Source: Hydrolagus affinis | Taxonomy: Eukaryota | Direction of reading: 5' to 3' | NCBI GenBank assembly: GCA_012026655.1 | Contig: JAAILG010000812.1 | Span: 1-64,000, forward strand | Length of the DNA: 64,000 bases | Position numbers and translations under genes: made by a program | Notes under the pieces: model-generated | Told to the model about the DNA's origin: nothing | Seen by the model: only the letters and a program-made list of their open reading frames with translations | The model's database searches: none | In this document: positions 25,166 to 39,274 of the stretch, piece after piece | Position numbering within the stretch: position 1 is the first letter of the stretch | How the letters are laid out: the number at the start of each line of letters is the position of its first letter

Positions 25166-28100
25166 GACCATAGAGAATTTACCTCTTTTATTATACAGCC
25201 ATCTTGCCAAACCCTTTATTAATTCTCTATGTGCCTATTCTTTAGTCCACTCTTTCTCTAACTGTTCATTGCCTCTTTCTATTTTTCTCATCATTATGGT
25301 TTAGTTCATGACTGATCCAACCATGCAAAATGCATGTGATGAGATACATTGCTGTCCCACTCCTCCGATTCTCCACAGAAATGGACAAAGATAATCATAG
25401 AAGAAGATATTCTTCCTTGTTTGCTGCAACTTCCTACGTGAAGCGGTATATCAATGCTAATTATTGTTTTGATCCTATGCATTCCAGAAGTAGATGAAGA
25501 AAACTTTCATTATCTGATATAGATTCCTGGAGTCGAAGTTTTAGATATTTAAACAACGTCTGAATTATTACTGCTCAAGTTTTTTAAAAAGATATGTCAG
25601 CAATTGATTGGACTTTATATGACCATTGACGAAGCATTTTAGTATCATGGTTACAATCAATAAAACAGTTAAACAATAAATTTAAGACAAAAATTCTGAA
25701 GAAGCAGCTATTTCTTTCTATCAATTAGTCTCAGAATAAGAATCATGTAAAAGCCAGTATAACCAATTACTGTAGAATAAATTAGCAAATATAACTGCCA
25801 AACTCATGGAAATTATTCACGAGTGCTCAGCTTTTTTAACGCTGAATTGGTTAGCATTTTTGCAGTGTGAATTGTCTCTTACACATGGCAAGCCTCATCG
25901 AAAATCAGTCTAAAATGGGCACATATCATTGTTAATAATACTGTATTCTATTTCCAGCCTGAATTAACATAATCTACTAATAAGGTTGGCAGAAAAATTA
26001 GAGCTGGAAGTAAAACTGAAAGGAAAAGAAAATGAAAGATTCTCAATCGTTTGTCTTTGAGAACCAGATTGGCCACATTTCCTCCTTTGGCTAATCTAAG
26101 GAATTCCCCATGAGCACCATCAATGTTGTTCAGTGATGCTCCCACGGCAGGAGGCCTGACTATGTGTGGCTGAAGTAAAAAAAATGAGACTGAACTCCCT
26201 GCCGCACTGCAATAATCCAACTAGCACTCCAGAAATAAACACTGGCTCTCTGGTAATAAACACCGGCTTCGGACTAAGTCTGAGTGTTCTTGCTTATGCA
26301 TTAAGTGAACTAAAGGGAATATCTAGATTCTTTCAATGCATGGGCCCAGGTGAATAGTCAAGATGTTCTACCTTGTGCTCAGTGTTATTTATCTTCAGCT
26401 TGGCTAAACACTGTCACCCTAAATTATTGCAGCAAGCATCATGAATGCAAGCCAGGAATGCTCTTTAAAAGAGCCAGCTCAGATACGATGCCGCAAACTG
26501 CTTTCTTCCTTCCTTAAATTTCTGTAGTTTAATATGACATAAATTTTAAGAAAAAGTATGGGAGGCAAAATATAATGTTATTAATCAAATTCCAATCTTT
26601 AATTTTGACTGTTCCTTAGTTAAGATCGTGCCTGGTGAAGCAGGGACTAAATGTTAGTCTGGAGGCCAGGAAAGAGTGTAATGAAATTCCGTCTGTCACT
26701 GTTAAAACAATGAGCTGGTCTTCAATCTGAAGAACCAGTGAGCAAAACTATGCACCTGAAATTAGAGAAAGAGAGTATTCAAAACTTGACAGTAAGAACA
26801 AGTTTTAAAGAAACATTTTAAATGCATTTTCCATGCATTCAATGAACAGTACCTTAATTCAGAGGCAACAATAATTAAGGTATATGTATGATAACGAATT
26901 TCCACCTGGTGTTCATGTGTAAAATATTCCCCTAAAGTTTTTTTGTTAATCTAACTTGTATGATTGAATATTTTTTTATTAATAAATAACATTGAATATT
27001 GTTAAACCCAACAGTATGTTAAACCCAACAGACAACCAATACACAATGTGTGTTCATTCATTGAACAATTTATTAATTTGTTAATTCATGCTCAGTTATT
27101 TAGAACAGGACACAAAACGTGAACACAGGCAATGGGTTTGAATTATTTCTACGTGCAAATGTTGTAATATGGGATATAATACCAAATCATATTTAGCTGT
27201 AAAAGCTGTACTATTCTGCTCTTGTTTCAGGAAACAGAAAATGTGTGTGAATGTGGCACTTGCCAGTTGAATCCTAATAATCAGAATTAGAGACGACTAA
27301 AGATAAATAGGTAGCATCATGTTAATCTCAAAATGCAGCTTGTACAATGTGTCATGGAAAAATCCTTACACACTCAAGGAGCCTACAAATTAGATATCTG
27401 CTCAAGTAATGGAAGGAATAACCCGTGACACAAGAGAGAAAAATTAAATTAGAGTCACTAATAGCAGGTCAAAAGAGCTTGAGCAGAGCTAATGAAAGTG
27501 ACCACAAGATAAGCAATCCCTACTTGGCTGCAACAACCATCTTCAAGTGACTGTGGCAGACATTCATCTACTCAACGATCAATTCACAAGCGAGACACAA
27601 ACTTGTTTACGCCACGATGTAATGGACAAAGCAAGACAGAATCTATCAGCTTTGGCAGGATGCTGCCTCCATTCCCTGCTGAAAGCCATTAGAAGAACCT
27701 AAATCTGTATTGGTGTGCTTCAGCAGAGAGTCATCCCATCATTCTTAGTCCTCGCTTCACTATTACGCTTCAAGTGGCTTTTTGAACCCTTCCTGACCTT
27801 TGACTTCACAGTGTAAGTTGTTTGTGAATGTGTGTGAGTATAGGTTGGCAGGGAATGGGTGGTGGGGGGGGGGGTTGGATAGAGAAGTAATCAATATCTG
27901 GGCAAATGGGAGCAAGTGATAACATTTGAAGGGTAAAGCTGCCATCTATGGCATTTGCTTAGAAATATCCATAGTAATGATTGATTCAGGGAGCTACATA
28001 AACTGTCACTTGTCTGGTGATTAGATACTTACAATCCAGTCAAGGCTGCTGTGTACTTCAAAACTTAGAGTTGGTGCACTGTCACTGAATCTATTGCAAA

Positions 28101-28961
28101 CACAGCTTCTCTAGTCAAACATTTAAATATTTAAGTGGCTTTAAAACAAAGTAATTATCTTGTATAGAGTTACGTTAAAATCGTTAGATTGTGCATAATT
28201 CATGTTGAAATGTGTTTTTGTAGTTCTGTTTACAAAAAAATATTGTGACGTATGAACATGTTAATTGGGTTTCTCTGGTACACACAAGATACAGGGCATT
28301 TTCAGAGTTTATCATTAAGTCTTTACAGCAGAGAATTAGCCAGTTGTGCAATCGTATCTGTTTTGGTATCATATACTGTCTCCTCCAGTGCAGCAATCTA
28401 CTCTAATTTCATTCATCTGATTTGTCCATATACTCCTTCATATTGTTTACTTAAAAGTATATGGAAAAAATTGCCTTTCAAATGCTCTACAGATTTGGCT
28501 TCAGCAGTATTTTTTGCAGAATCAAAAAATATGTCATTCAGTTTTAACTTTAAAGTCTTAAAATAACTTGCAGGAAAAAAAATCTTAAAAGCTAAGGCTT
28601 TACTTAAAACTTATCAAACTTATATTGAGGTGTGCAACGCTGGAATTCTACAGAAATAGAATAACTCTAGACCCTTGTGGAATTCCTACCCCTTGTAGCC
28701 TTGACAGCTTGATTTGTAAGTTTGAGTTTCCATTATGTTGCAAATGTTTGCAATTATATTTCTTAATGACACTGGATCAGTCTACTGTCAAATAGTCAGA
28801 AACCAATTAGGGAAGCAAATAAAGGGAAAGATATTGTGAGACAAATCTGTTACAGCTTTTGTCGAAAGCTTTGTCGGCTCACAGTTTTCAATATTGTTTC
28901 TTTCTGTTACATTGTTCCAATCTGCTGTGTCAATAAAATATACTTTTCAACATTGAATTCA

Positions 28962-29300
28962 CCCTGGCTCAGTTGGTAGCACTGTTGCCTCTTGATTAGA
29001 AGGTTGTGAGGTCAAGCCCTATGTCAGGACTTTGAGCTCAGAGTTTAGGCTATGTCGGCTGGCACAGCAATGCAGTCCTGGGGAGCATTGTATTATCAGA
29101 GGTGCAGGTCTTTGGATGAGAAATTAAACTGAGGCCATGTGCTTGTTCATGTTGGACATTAAAGATCCCAATTCCTGAAGATAAGGGAGTTTCTCCTAAT
29201 GTCCTAGCCAACAAGTCTGCAGCTAAAAGGTTGGTCATTTACTTCATGACTGTATATGAGATATAGCTTTGCACAAATTATTTGCTGTGTTTGCAAACAA
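28962..29300 (+). mobile_element. Older tRNA/Deu-type SINE
   Basis: TGGCTCAGTTGGTAGCAC head; GTCTTTGGATGAGAAATTAAACTGAGG...GGACATTAAAGATCCCA Deu-like core. Confidence 0.8.
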
Positions 29301-30179
29301 AATACAAAACCTTGTGAAATTTCTCCCCCACCCCTCCTTGTTGTCTTAACAGTACATAATGTTTCAGACATCCTAAATCAAATAATAATAATCCTTGCAT
29401 TTGATATAGCGCTTTTCACATCTTCTACACGTCTCAAAACACTTCACAGAATATAGTGTAAAGTGAATTGACTGTATATCTGTGGACGAAATGCAAGGAT
29501 TATAAAATATATTTATGGTAGAGCACATATTTTCCATGAAAGTACAATAATATAATGAGCAACAAATCTTGTGACTTTGATTTCAGTGGCATATAAAAAA
29601 AAGAAGTCTTTATTTGGAATTCTAAGATAAAACAGACTGACCTGCACATATAACCTCCAGCTCAGATCGATGGTGATTCCGTGTTCCCATATCAACCACT
29701 GCTCAAACGTATACATTGCTGGGTTAACTGATAATATTGCTGGGATCACTTGATCTCCCTTACAGAAGCATTTTCAACTAGAGTAAAATATTTATATCAT
29801 ATTTCTGCTACTGTGATTTGGAACATCCTCCTGATATGAGGGGTACAATAGAAATGTAGATTGTAATGTACTGATGTACAATGATTGCTGCAGTGTTGTA
29901 CCACTGGGAATTGGACCAATTTTGATCACTTTAAACCATTTCTTCTGCCATCTGTGCAATGGAATCATGGTTTCAGAACAAAGCGTGATATGCCCTCAAT
30001 GTAATAAATGTTGCACATCAAATTCACTTTGAGAGTTGATTCCATAGACTTTATGGTGGAATTCCAACACTTAAAGTGCTGCATTGTTTTAGCTTCTATC
30101 TTTCAGAAGAGAAGTTACAATAAAAGTGCTGGCTACTTGCTTATGTGGGTGTTAAAGATCCTCTATTTAAAAAGCAGAA

Positions 30180-30405
30180 AGGAGCTCTCCTCACTCACCC
30201 CCATCACCGACTATGAGGAAAGAGCCCAGTGTTTTGATACTCAGTATTACATACTGCCCCCACCACCACACACCCCACCCCCCTTCCCGCCCTCCATTCC
30301 TACTGACCTCAGCTTCCAGCTCAGATCCAAAAAACCCTGACTGTGTCGTGTCCGGGACGTTTTTCTGATGTGGAGGGAGCTATATAAGTGTAACTTGTTG
30401 TTGCT
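30180..30405 (+). mobile_element. L2 3' fragment
   Basis: C-rich L2 3' UTR, GGGACGT...GCTATATAAGTGTAACTTGTTGTTG tail. Confidence 0.6.
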
Positions 30406-30866
30406 GCATCTGAAACTGTCTTCCTAAACTCTTGCAGAATAATTGATCATTCATCTTAAAACTGTTTGTGGGACAATGCTGACTATCCCATTTGCCTTTA
30501 AGATAGTCGACACTCTTGTCAGTAATAAACTGTAAATCAGATTAAGAGGTCTTCTGATACTTGGAGCATCCTACCGACATGAAATTCAAACACAACAACA
30601 CAACCTGGTGTAACAGCAATCCGATACAAAGTTTTCTCATTGGTTCCAAAGATACTCTTGTTTTGAAATGATGTGTTCTGACATAACGCATACTAGACAA
30701 CTGTCCTTTGGAGAGCTAACAAGCAAAATTTCCTCCACACCACTTCATTATTTAGTGACCAATGATGTGCAAACATCCCATTTTACATTCATCTAATTGA
30801 GAGTTCATCTGCCTTCGGATTCTGCACAATTGGATTCCTTCCAATTGCCTGACTCAATGACATTAC

Positions 30867-31160
30867 GTGTCAGCCTGGCTCAGTTGTTACAGCTCAGGCC
30901 TCCAAGTCAGAAATAAAGTTGTAGAATTAAGCTCCATATTTGGGACATTGAGCTCAAAATCTAGGCTGACACTGCAATGCATTGCTGGAGGTGCACTGCA
31001 ATTTTGGAGGTTGAGGTTGGATGTTAAAGCACCCATGCATTATTCTAAAAGGGAGATTCTCCAGGTGTCCTTGCCATCAATCTCCAGACAAAATTGATCA
31101 TTCACTTCATGGCATTTCATATCTATGCACAAATCGGGTGCTGTGTTCACCCACAAAATA
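30867..31160 (+). mobile_element. Older tRNA/Deu-type SINE
   Basis: GTGTCAGCCTGGCTCAGTTG head, CTAGGCTGACACT, GGATGTTAAAGCACCCATG. Confidence 0.75.
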
Positions 31161-33069
31161 CAATACAACATAATTTACATTTATATACTACCTTTCATGA
31201 AGACATCTTAAATTGCTTGACAATACTGACTGGACAGTTGAGCTGGAGCTCATGGGATCTACGGTTTATATATTCTTCAGTAAATCCGCTTAGAGCTTCG
31301 AGATGTTTCAACAAAGCGTTAAGACGTAAAGTGGTGATGAATAGCAAAAAAAAAGCTGTGCATAATTATCAGCTACAGTGCAAAGCAAGTTAAGTTTGAC
31401 AGGCAACCAGGATGTTAAAACATTTGATACATAACAAAATCCTGCCTGTGTTAATCGTAACATTTACTGTGTTTTCATGAAATATTAGTAAATGTACTGA
31501 AAATTAAAATTAACTACTACAAAGTGTGTGGGAGGTTGAAGTGTAAATTTGATTTGTGACAAACATTGAACCTATGTTCAGCTGTTTGTGCTCATTACTA
31601 TCTTGCCGATTAGCGTTCTAATTTTTCTTTTGAAAAATTTGCAACTGTGCAACAATGAATAAATGTTGCTATTTAAAGAAATATTATTCCTGTAACAGTG
31701 AGTGCACAAAGCTCCATCTCTACATCCTTCCAAATTACAGATTGCAAGCTTCAAGATCACAGTGTCATAAGCAATTGAACAAAAGCTGTTAAAAACCAAA
31801 CGCTTTACAATAATGCTGCGCAGAACCTCACAAAAACATCAACAGAGGATGTAAGTCAACAGATTGACGGTCTATGCTAATGGTTTAGCAATCCATTTTA
31901 GCTAACAGCCAAGTGAGAACTGGATTATACATAATGTATCACTACTACATTAAGTTCCACTTAGGTGCCCCACTCCAATTAACAGTAGAAAAAGTAATAC
32001 AGAGTATCAATGGTTGCTCCAGGGTATATTGGAAGGGTTGTGATATTGTGTACACTATACTGTGGATCAAACTGGCATGGGCTTGTGTGCTAATGCAATT
32101 CTGATTCTAACAAACCATTGTCACTCTCACCTCACAAAGCTAAATAAAAGATGTGGGAAGGTGGGATGGGGGGAGAGCATGGGTGGAATTAAGACAGGTC
32201 AGGACACAGCTCCTCCCTCCCACATCATGGGAGTCCATTTCCCTTAACTGGCTTGTGGGAAAGAATCATGTTTCCATGATCGCAGCAATAGACATATGGA
32301 AAAGACTGGCACCTGTTGCACTGCTGGATGTAACGTATTAGAATAGTGTCGGCTTTCGTTGTATGATGAGATTTAAAGGTTGCAAGGTGGGTTCTTTCAA
32401 CTCTGGCTGATTGATGCGTAAGAGGTTTTGTGTCCACTAGAGACAGCGGTGTGGAGCTGAGGTAGGAGAACAGTGAAGCTGGCTAGTAAATGCAGCCCGT
32501 TGAGTAGCTGAGCATGTGAGACAGGCCTGCGTTGAGGGATGTGATCAGTTGTGATCAATCTGCAGTCCAACAGCAAGTTGGAACTCCAGTGTGGTATTAG
32601 CTCACTTGTTCACTTGTTAAAAGATTTGCATTGGTTTGTCCTTTGGAGTCACTTGGGTCCATTTTAATTTCAGTGTGTGTGTGTGTAAAAAAAGATTGGT
32701 TACCGAGGCTGAATTCAAGTATTTCCAAATTCTCAGATATCCGGGCTTTACACTCTAAAATGCTGCATAAATAGAATAAATCTAGACCCAAATGGAATTA
32801 AACTGTATTCTATATATTTTATAGCAGTTTGCATTTGTGGCATTTACCCTAAATTCACATTAAAAAGATTGTTTACATAAGAAGATATCTTTTATATTTC
32901 TCACAGTCATCTCCAATGTTGATCAACAGTAATAATATCATATTTATTTTCCTCCTTTATCCATTGTTGAATCTCATCACTTGCTAGTGCTCTTCCCTGA
33001 CATGTCTGCAATTGTACCATTATGTTCTGTAACATGCAGCGAACAATAGCTAATTTTGTGGTAAGTGTT

Positions 33070-34040
33070 GGTTCCAAGATCATCAAGATGGTTGATGCAA
33101 GTGCAGGAGTGTATCCCAGGCTCTGCCCTGATCTTGAATGGACAGCTTCTTCTGAGAGACTGGATGGATATCTGACACATACGGAAACCTCGAATACCTA
33201 AGAGTACCTAAACCAAGCTGAGATTTCCATGCATCCCACTCATACATGGAAATCTCAGTAATACATTGTTGGAATGGAATGTGCACTCTCTCCCTTGCGA
33301 CACGCTTCCTTTTTACCAAATTCCAGAAACTATTAGGCCCAGGTTGTCAAGAGCCAAGGCTTGGGGACCCCAGAGTATGCGTTGGAGTACTGCTGGAGTC
33401 TAACCCGCTAAACCACACAGCTTGCCATTGATAGTGCTGTCCAGCGAGCTTTCTCAGCTGCTTGTCTAGCTAGGTCTACCCTATTCATTAGGGCTTTGGT
33501 TTACAAGATTAACAGGAGCTGAGAGGAATGATTCTCAGCCCCCCCAGAGACTATTCTGTCCTTTCATACAGAGAACCGGACTACACAGACTGCCACAGAG
33601 GGCTGGCTTGATTCTGACATTCTATTGCCCAGTATGTCACTTTGGTGCCAGTTCATCTCCAGGAGCACCCCGCTTACCTCATTCCCAGGGAGGATAGTCA
33701 TAAATTCATCATTCGACACGCAACAAGTACGGGTTTGAGCCCTCACTCGGTGATGGCAAGTACAAGGATCTTCCTGCACGCTTCCTGGTGGGCATCACCT
33801 CTCAGCATGAGAGCATTGCCACCATCTTCCTGTCTGCAGCTTGGGCAGCTGACCCTTCCAATAAGTGATGGTTCCATCAATTGGAGGTGCAGAGTGTAAG
33901 CAGCAGCTGCTTGCTTCTCTGCAGGCTAATCAAGGTGGATTCCAGGCACTGGATGTACGAATGTGTGTTCACGAACTCAGACTCCAGGTCACTCCGGAGA
34001 GTTAGTCAACAGCAGGCATGTTGATTTGGGCTTCAATCAC
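33070..34040 (-). repeat. Long copy of unclassified family X
   Basis: Colinear with 10.2-11.0 kb; more GC-balanced than its flanks; outer limits uncertain. Confidence 0.65.
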
Positions 34041-34289
34041 GCTATCCTGTTATATCTTTTAGGTACATTTCCATGATGCTGCCATTGATATAACAGCTGT
34101 TGTTGGTACAATTCACCATTCTGCATCAATATAAAACAGCTAGAAAAAAATCCATGCATCGCTCAATGGTCCATCTCATTTTTAGAATGTGCTCACAGCT
34201 TCTCATTCCCTAGAACTCCAAGCATTGAAGTTAAAAGGAAAATTCAACCATCATATACTGATTTAAGAATGAGAAACTGTGCCTTAAAC

Positions 34290-34885
34290 CATTGGTTTCC
34301 AAACTGTGGGGCGCGCCTTCCTTGGTTGGGGCATACCGTTGGCTGGGGGGACACGACCGTTATTGTTCACAATACAGATAAACCTTACTTAACGTTGCAA
34401 CGTTCACTAATATGTTGTTCGCCAGTTGGTGGAAAGGGGGTACGACGATGCTAGGATCTGGGAGTGAGCCGGCAGCGAGAGAGCGAGGCAGACCGACAGC
34501 AAGTGAGACCAGCAGTGAGTGAGTGAGCTGGGCAGGCAGTCAGGCAATGAGTGAATTAGTGAAACAGACAGTCAAGGAGAAAGTTTGTGCTGAAAAGCAA
34601 GCTGACACATCAAACAAATTCTAAGTGTTGTAAATTGTAAATGTAAGTACTGTAATTAGTTTCACAATTTTAATAATTTTTTTAAACAATTAATTTTTTT
34701 AAACAATTAATTAATTTTGTTAATAAGTACTTTAAAAAAAATTAAAAACAGATAAAGAAAGTATTGAATTTGCTGTCATCATTTGCGAAAATTATTCAAT
34801 GTGAATGAGGTGGTGGTGTGGGGCGCACAACAAAAACTTTGCTAAGTTAGGTGGGACGCCGCTATTTAACATTTGGAAGCCACTG
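34290..34885. mobile_element. Non-autonomous hAT (Charlie-like) element, copy 1
   Basis: TIRs CATTGGTTTCCAAA / TTTGGAAGCCACTG; 8-bp TSD CCTTAAAC / CGTTAAAC; colinear with 39275-40254. Confidence 0.9.
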
Positions 34886-37129
34886 CGTTAAACAGTGAGA
34901 AATCTGTGTGTTGACAAGAAGTAACCTGGTATCATGCATATCAATCTGTTTTCCTATTTATGAGACATGTTACAGTACCTTGTTTATAGTTATCTCCAAT
35001 GTTAATATACAAAAGGGTGCAACAAGTGATCTAACAGATTCAATGCAATATCACATTGAATCTATCATGATATGCTGCAGTTTCAGCACAGTTATGGATA
35101 GCAATATTTGGCTATTTGTTTATCATTTCTAACATAAGCAAGTCATTTAAAACATAAATTTTTAGCAATCTGCAAGTGATAGTCTCGATTTCAAAGTTGT
35201 GAATCTGTAAACAGTTACAGTATGTGGATATGTTTCTTAATTTTGCAGAATAGCAATGAATTTATCAAAGGCTTCATGCTATAGATTGCATTGAATTAGA
35301 ACTCCCCCTAAAAACAAATGATTGCAGCAAACACCTTGTTGCATGCAGAGAATAATTAAGACACATAATGCCTTAATAGTATAAAAATGACCCAGTCAAA
35401 GTTATCAGCTTTCTCAACAGAAAATAATCCTTGCATTTGATATGGCATCTTATCACACTACTGAAATGATTCAAAACAAAATTTACTGTAGAGTGGAGTG
35501 ACTGTGTGTGTTGCAGGCAAACGTGGCAGCCAATTTGCACACAGGAAATGTCCTACAAACATTCTTGAAGATAATGAACAATTTGATCTGGAGGATTGTT
35601 GGCCAGGACATTGAGAGGAACTCTTTTTTTTAAATGGAGTCATTGATCATAACATCCACCTAACCAAATATATGGTACCTCGGTTTAACCTCAGGTTTGT
35701 GGTTTAATGTTTAACAAGATGGACCGTGTGCTTTCAGTGGGGATAGAAACCCAAAGGAATTGAACCCCCATTTTGTTATGCACATGATTTAATTCACATG
35801 ACTCCCAAAAGCATACCTGCAATGTTTTAAAAACTTCAATGTTTTGCCGCCAACATGAAATACTGTATATAAATTTAGCTTAAATAGCTTCTCATTTAGA
35901 GTTGGAGTAATCCAATTACAGGATTTGTAGGTAATTGAATGCTGTCCAGACAAAATCTCTTAGGAACCAAAAATGTTTGCTCTTACATTAAATAGATGCT
36001 CCAATTGTTCCCAAATGCCATGATGATTTATAATGCTCTATATATTGGGTATTGTGTCAGGTTCAGGAATGCAGTACGCTATGCAGAGTTTGAGTGAGAT
36101 AAATCACCCAGCTAAACTCCATTGTGTCAAATGTTAAAAAAATTATGCCGGCAACCCAAATTTTCCCGATTAATAATGTTCACATGGAAAGAGTGACTCA
36201 TTGCTTTAACATAATCATTCTTCTAACATTAAGTGTAAGGTGGGTGCGGCATCTGTTTGTCTAATTAATATAAGTAATGCCTCAATTCTTTGGGTGATAT
36301 GAAAACGAACACATGTGTCAATGTACCTGATGTAATATTACCTACATCTGTTGAACATTAGCAACACAGGTTTGATGAATGATCCATTAGCTGATAAGAC
36401 ATAACTGGAAACAAAGCAGGACAGACTTTTTTTCATCTTTGGCATGTCAGCTTTATTTGTTATTCCATGGATCATTAAAGCTCCATTATGCTTTTTGATT
36501 GGCTTACATAGACTGCATTCCACAAACTATCAAATCAATTTTTGCATGTCATCACTTTTAGCTAACTCAGGGATCCCTGAAATATTAACACATTTTCTCT
36601 TTACACCTCCTTACCTCTGGACATTTTTTTTTGGAGGTCAAGGAAAAACGGACTAACCAAAATAGAAAATCGCAAAATGCTGAACATTTACTGCTTATAG
36701 GGAGAAGGCCGGAGGCACTTTGAATTAATTTTTTTTCCAAGTTAAAATTAAAATCTGAAAACAATGGAAAGTAGTCTTCAAATTAATTTTTTTTCAATAA
36801 ATGTTTTAAATACTCAAAGGACACCAACAACTTGCATTTATTTAGCACAATTCACACAAGGAACATTTTGTACAATTTGGGAGCACCATTCACAAAGAAA
36901 CATGCGTTATAACATAGAATGCAAACAATTATATCTAAAAGATAACATTTTCATACTGTCGGATATTTTTCTCTAAATAATATCTCATAGACAAGAATAT
37001 AGATCTATCAATATTTGCAATTGTCCATTATAAATTTTAAAATTTGCAAAGTTTATGCTTGCAAAATTTTTAAATGCTTCAAGCTTACCATAATTAGGGA
37101 ATGAATGAAGGTAGCAGTCTGATTGTAGG

Positions 37130-37665
37130 TCTCTAATGTCCGCACCAAAACCTATCACTCAGCCTTTGCCTCCACTAAATCATCCTTTTACTTCAGGATC
37201 CTTCTAGATGCCAGCAAGAACCCCAAATCTCCCATCTCTACGACAAACCAACTCCTTTGGGAGTCAAGATCCTTATTCTCAGTTTTAAAATCCTCCACAG
37301 TCTTGTCCCAACTTCTAAAACCCTACCAAGCTGGCCGTTGCCTGCACTCAGTAGGCACTGACCTGCTTCATGTCCCTTGCCCTGCTCGCCTCCAGTGATC
37401 AGGCTTTTGGTCATTCTGCCCACATGCGCTGGTACTCTATCTCACAGTCCCACCACTTCATCCCTTCACTCATCTCCTTCAAGGTCCATTTAAGGGATTT
37501 AAAGATCTTCTTCTTTGACAGCTTATTTGGTCACCTTTGCTCCACTACACCACCACTGAATACAACCCTCAGCTCGGGTCCAAACCCTTGATTGTCCAGT
37601 GTTTTGGGAGGTCCTCCCAATGTTAAAGATGCTATATAAATGCAATAATGGAATGTATTGTTGTT
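37130..37665 (+). mobile_element. L2 3' fragment
   Basis: KILILSFKILHSL-type motif, L2 3' UTR and GATGCTATATAAATGCAA tail. Confidence 0.75.
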
Positions 37666-39274
37666 GGCAGTGGTGGTGATGTTAAATGGAGTGATAAACC
37701 ACAAAAGTAAAGCTGGAGCAGTTTGTGAATGTCACCTCAGTGCTAATATTGGATTAGCCTTTAATTCCAGGTAATTGTTAATTATACTTCTGCAGTTTTA
37801 GGCATGCACATCTGAGCTATGGGTAGTTGGGTTTACTGCTTTATGTACATGGTGCTTATGTCCATTGTATCAATGCACAGCAATGGCCAAGAAACAATTC
37901 CAGCTGGTGCTGCTATTTTTGCTGCCATTTTCTCATCATTAGTGAATACTGAAGATTTTATGTGTTATCTTTGGAGTGTTGGGTTCAGTGCTTCATTTAT
38001 TTATAGGAAGTGGACATTTCTGGTTGTAAAGATGAAAGCAATGCTGTTTGATACAAGACAGAAGGTATTATTGCAGATAGTGATGCAGCACATAGAGTAT
38101 TATTGTTGACAGTGATGCAGGACCTGTCATATCACAAGGCTCTTTTTTTGCAGTACAGTACTTTGCAGGTCTGTATACTATACAGTGTATATTATGAGGT
38201 CTTGGCGTGTCAAATTGCAGTGTCTAATATATCAGCTTTATTCTACTGAGGTGCCACTGTAACACAAACTCAAACACAACTTAGGCTTTCAGTATTCGGA
38301 AATTGTCTTCCATATTATGTTATTATTGCCTAAAATGTTCAACTTCCTGCTTGTACAGGAGCTGCATTTGTAGCATCGTTCAGATGAACACCAATACGCT
38401 CTTGGCTCAGTAAGTAGTGAGACTGCTTGATTCAGCCAGAATGGAAAAATAAATGGATTTTTATTGGCAACCTACAATATTGGGATTGTGAACTGTAGAA
38501 ATGTTTTGTAAATGTATAGGTGAAATTATATCATCAATCACAATTTTGTGTGTAGGAAACAACAAGGCACATATTATCTCTCCCATCAAGTATTTCAGTA
38601 CTTTCAGAATCAACCAAATCATACTTCTTTACGGAGATAAGTTTTTTTTTAAATTCAGTACTTTGACAAGCTGGAAGAAGAAAAAGCACACTATAGTTTG
38701 AATGGAATTGTTTTTCATTAAAATTATACATAACCCCATTCTTTGTTTAAAATGTTTTGTATTCTCATGTTTAGATGGGAGTTAGAAATCTGGGGCTGAG
38801 ACTCCAGCATATAATTTTGGAGCTATGGGGAGACTTATCCCAGATTCAATACATCTTTTAATATGAGACAATGGTAATCCTTGAGTTTTATAAAGTACTT
38901 TAATAATAATCCTTGCGCTTCACAAGAGATATATTATAAAGTAGATTGACTGTGCATTGTGTAGGCAAAAAGAGGCAGCCAGTTTGCCTCAGCAATATCT
39001 CACAAACAACCATGGAGTGAGAAATTTTATTTGGGAAATTGTTGATCAAGACACTGGAAGAAACTCCCTTTCTTTTAGATTAGTGATATAGGATCTTTAA
39101 TGTTTATCTAATGTTTACACATTTGACAAAGTTGCCAAAATAAGGCGAATATAATTATACAATTACTTGCTCACATTCTTCCTTTGTGCTAAGTCTGAGA
39201 AACCCAATTTTGTTAGCATTAGCATAAATATTGAAGGGAATGAGGAGAAACCGTGAATGCTTCACACTCTAAAG

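Noticed and set aside
25948-26170. Minus-strand acceptor followed by ORF PHIVRPPAVGASLNNIDGAHGEFLRLAKGG...
   Set aside because: No recognisable family and no partner exon; cannot be supported without transcript data
38065-38123. Two imperfect 27-bp direct repeats
   Set aside because: Ordinary local tandem duplication with no further structure
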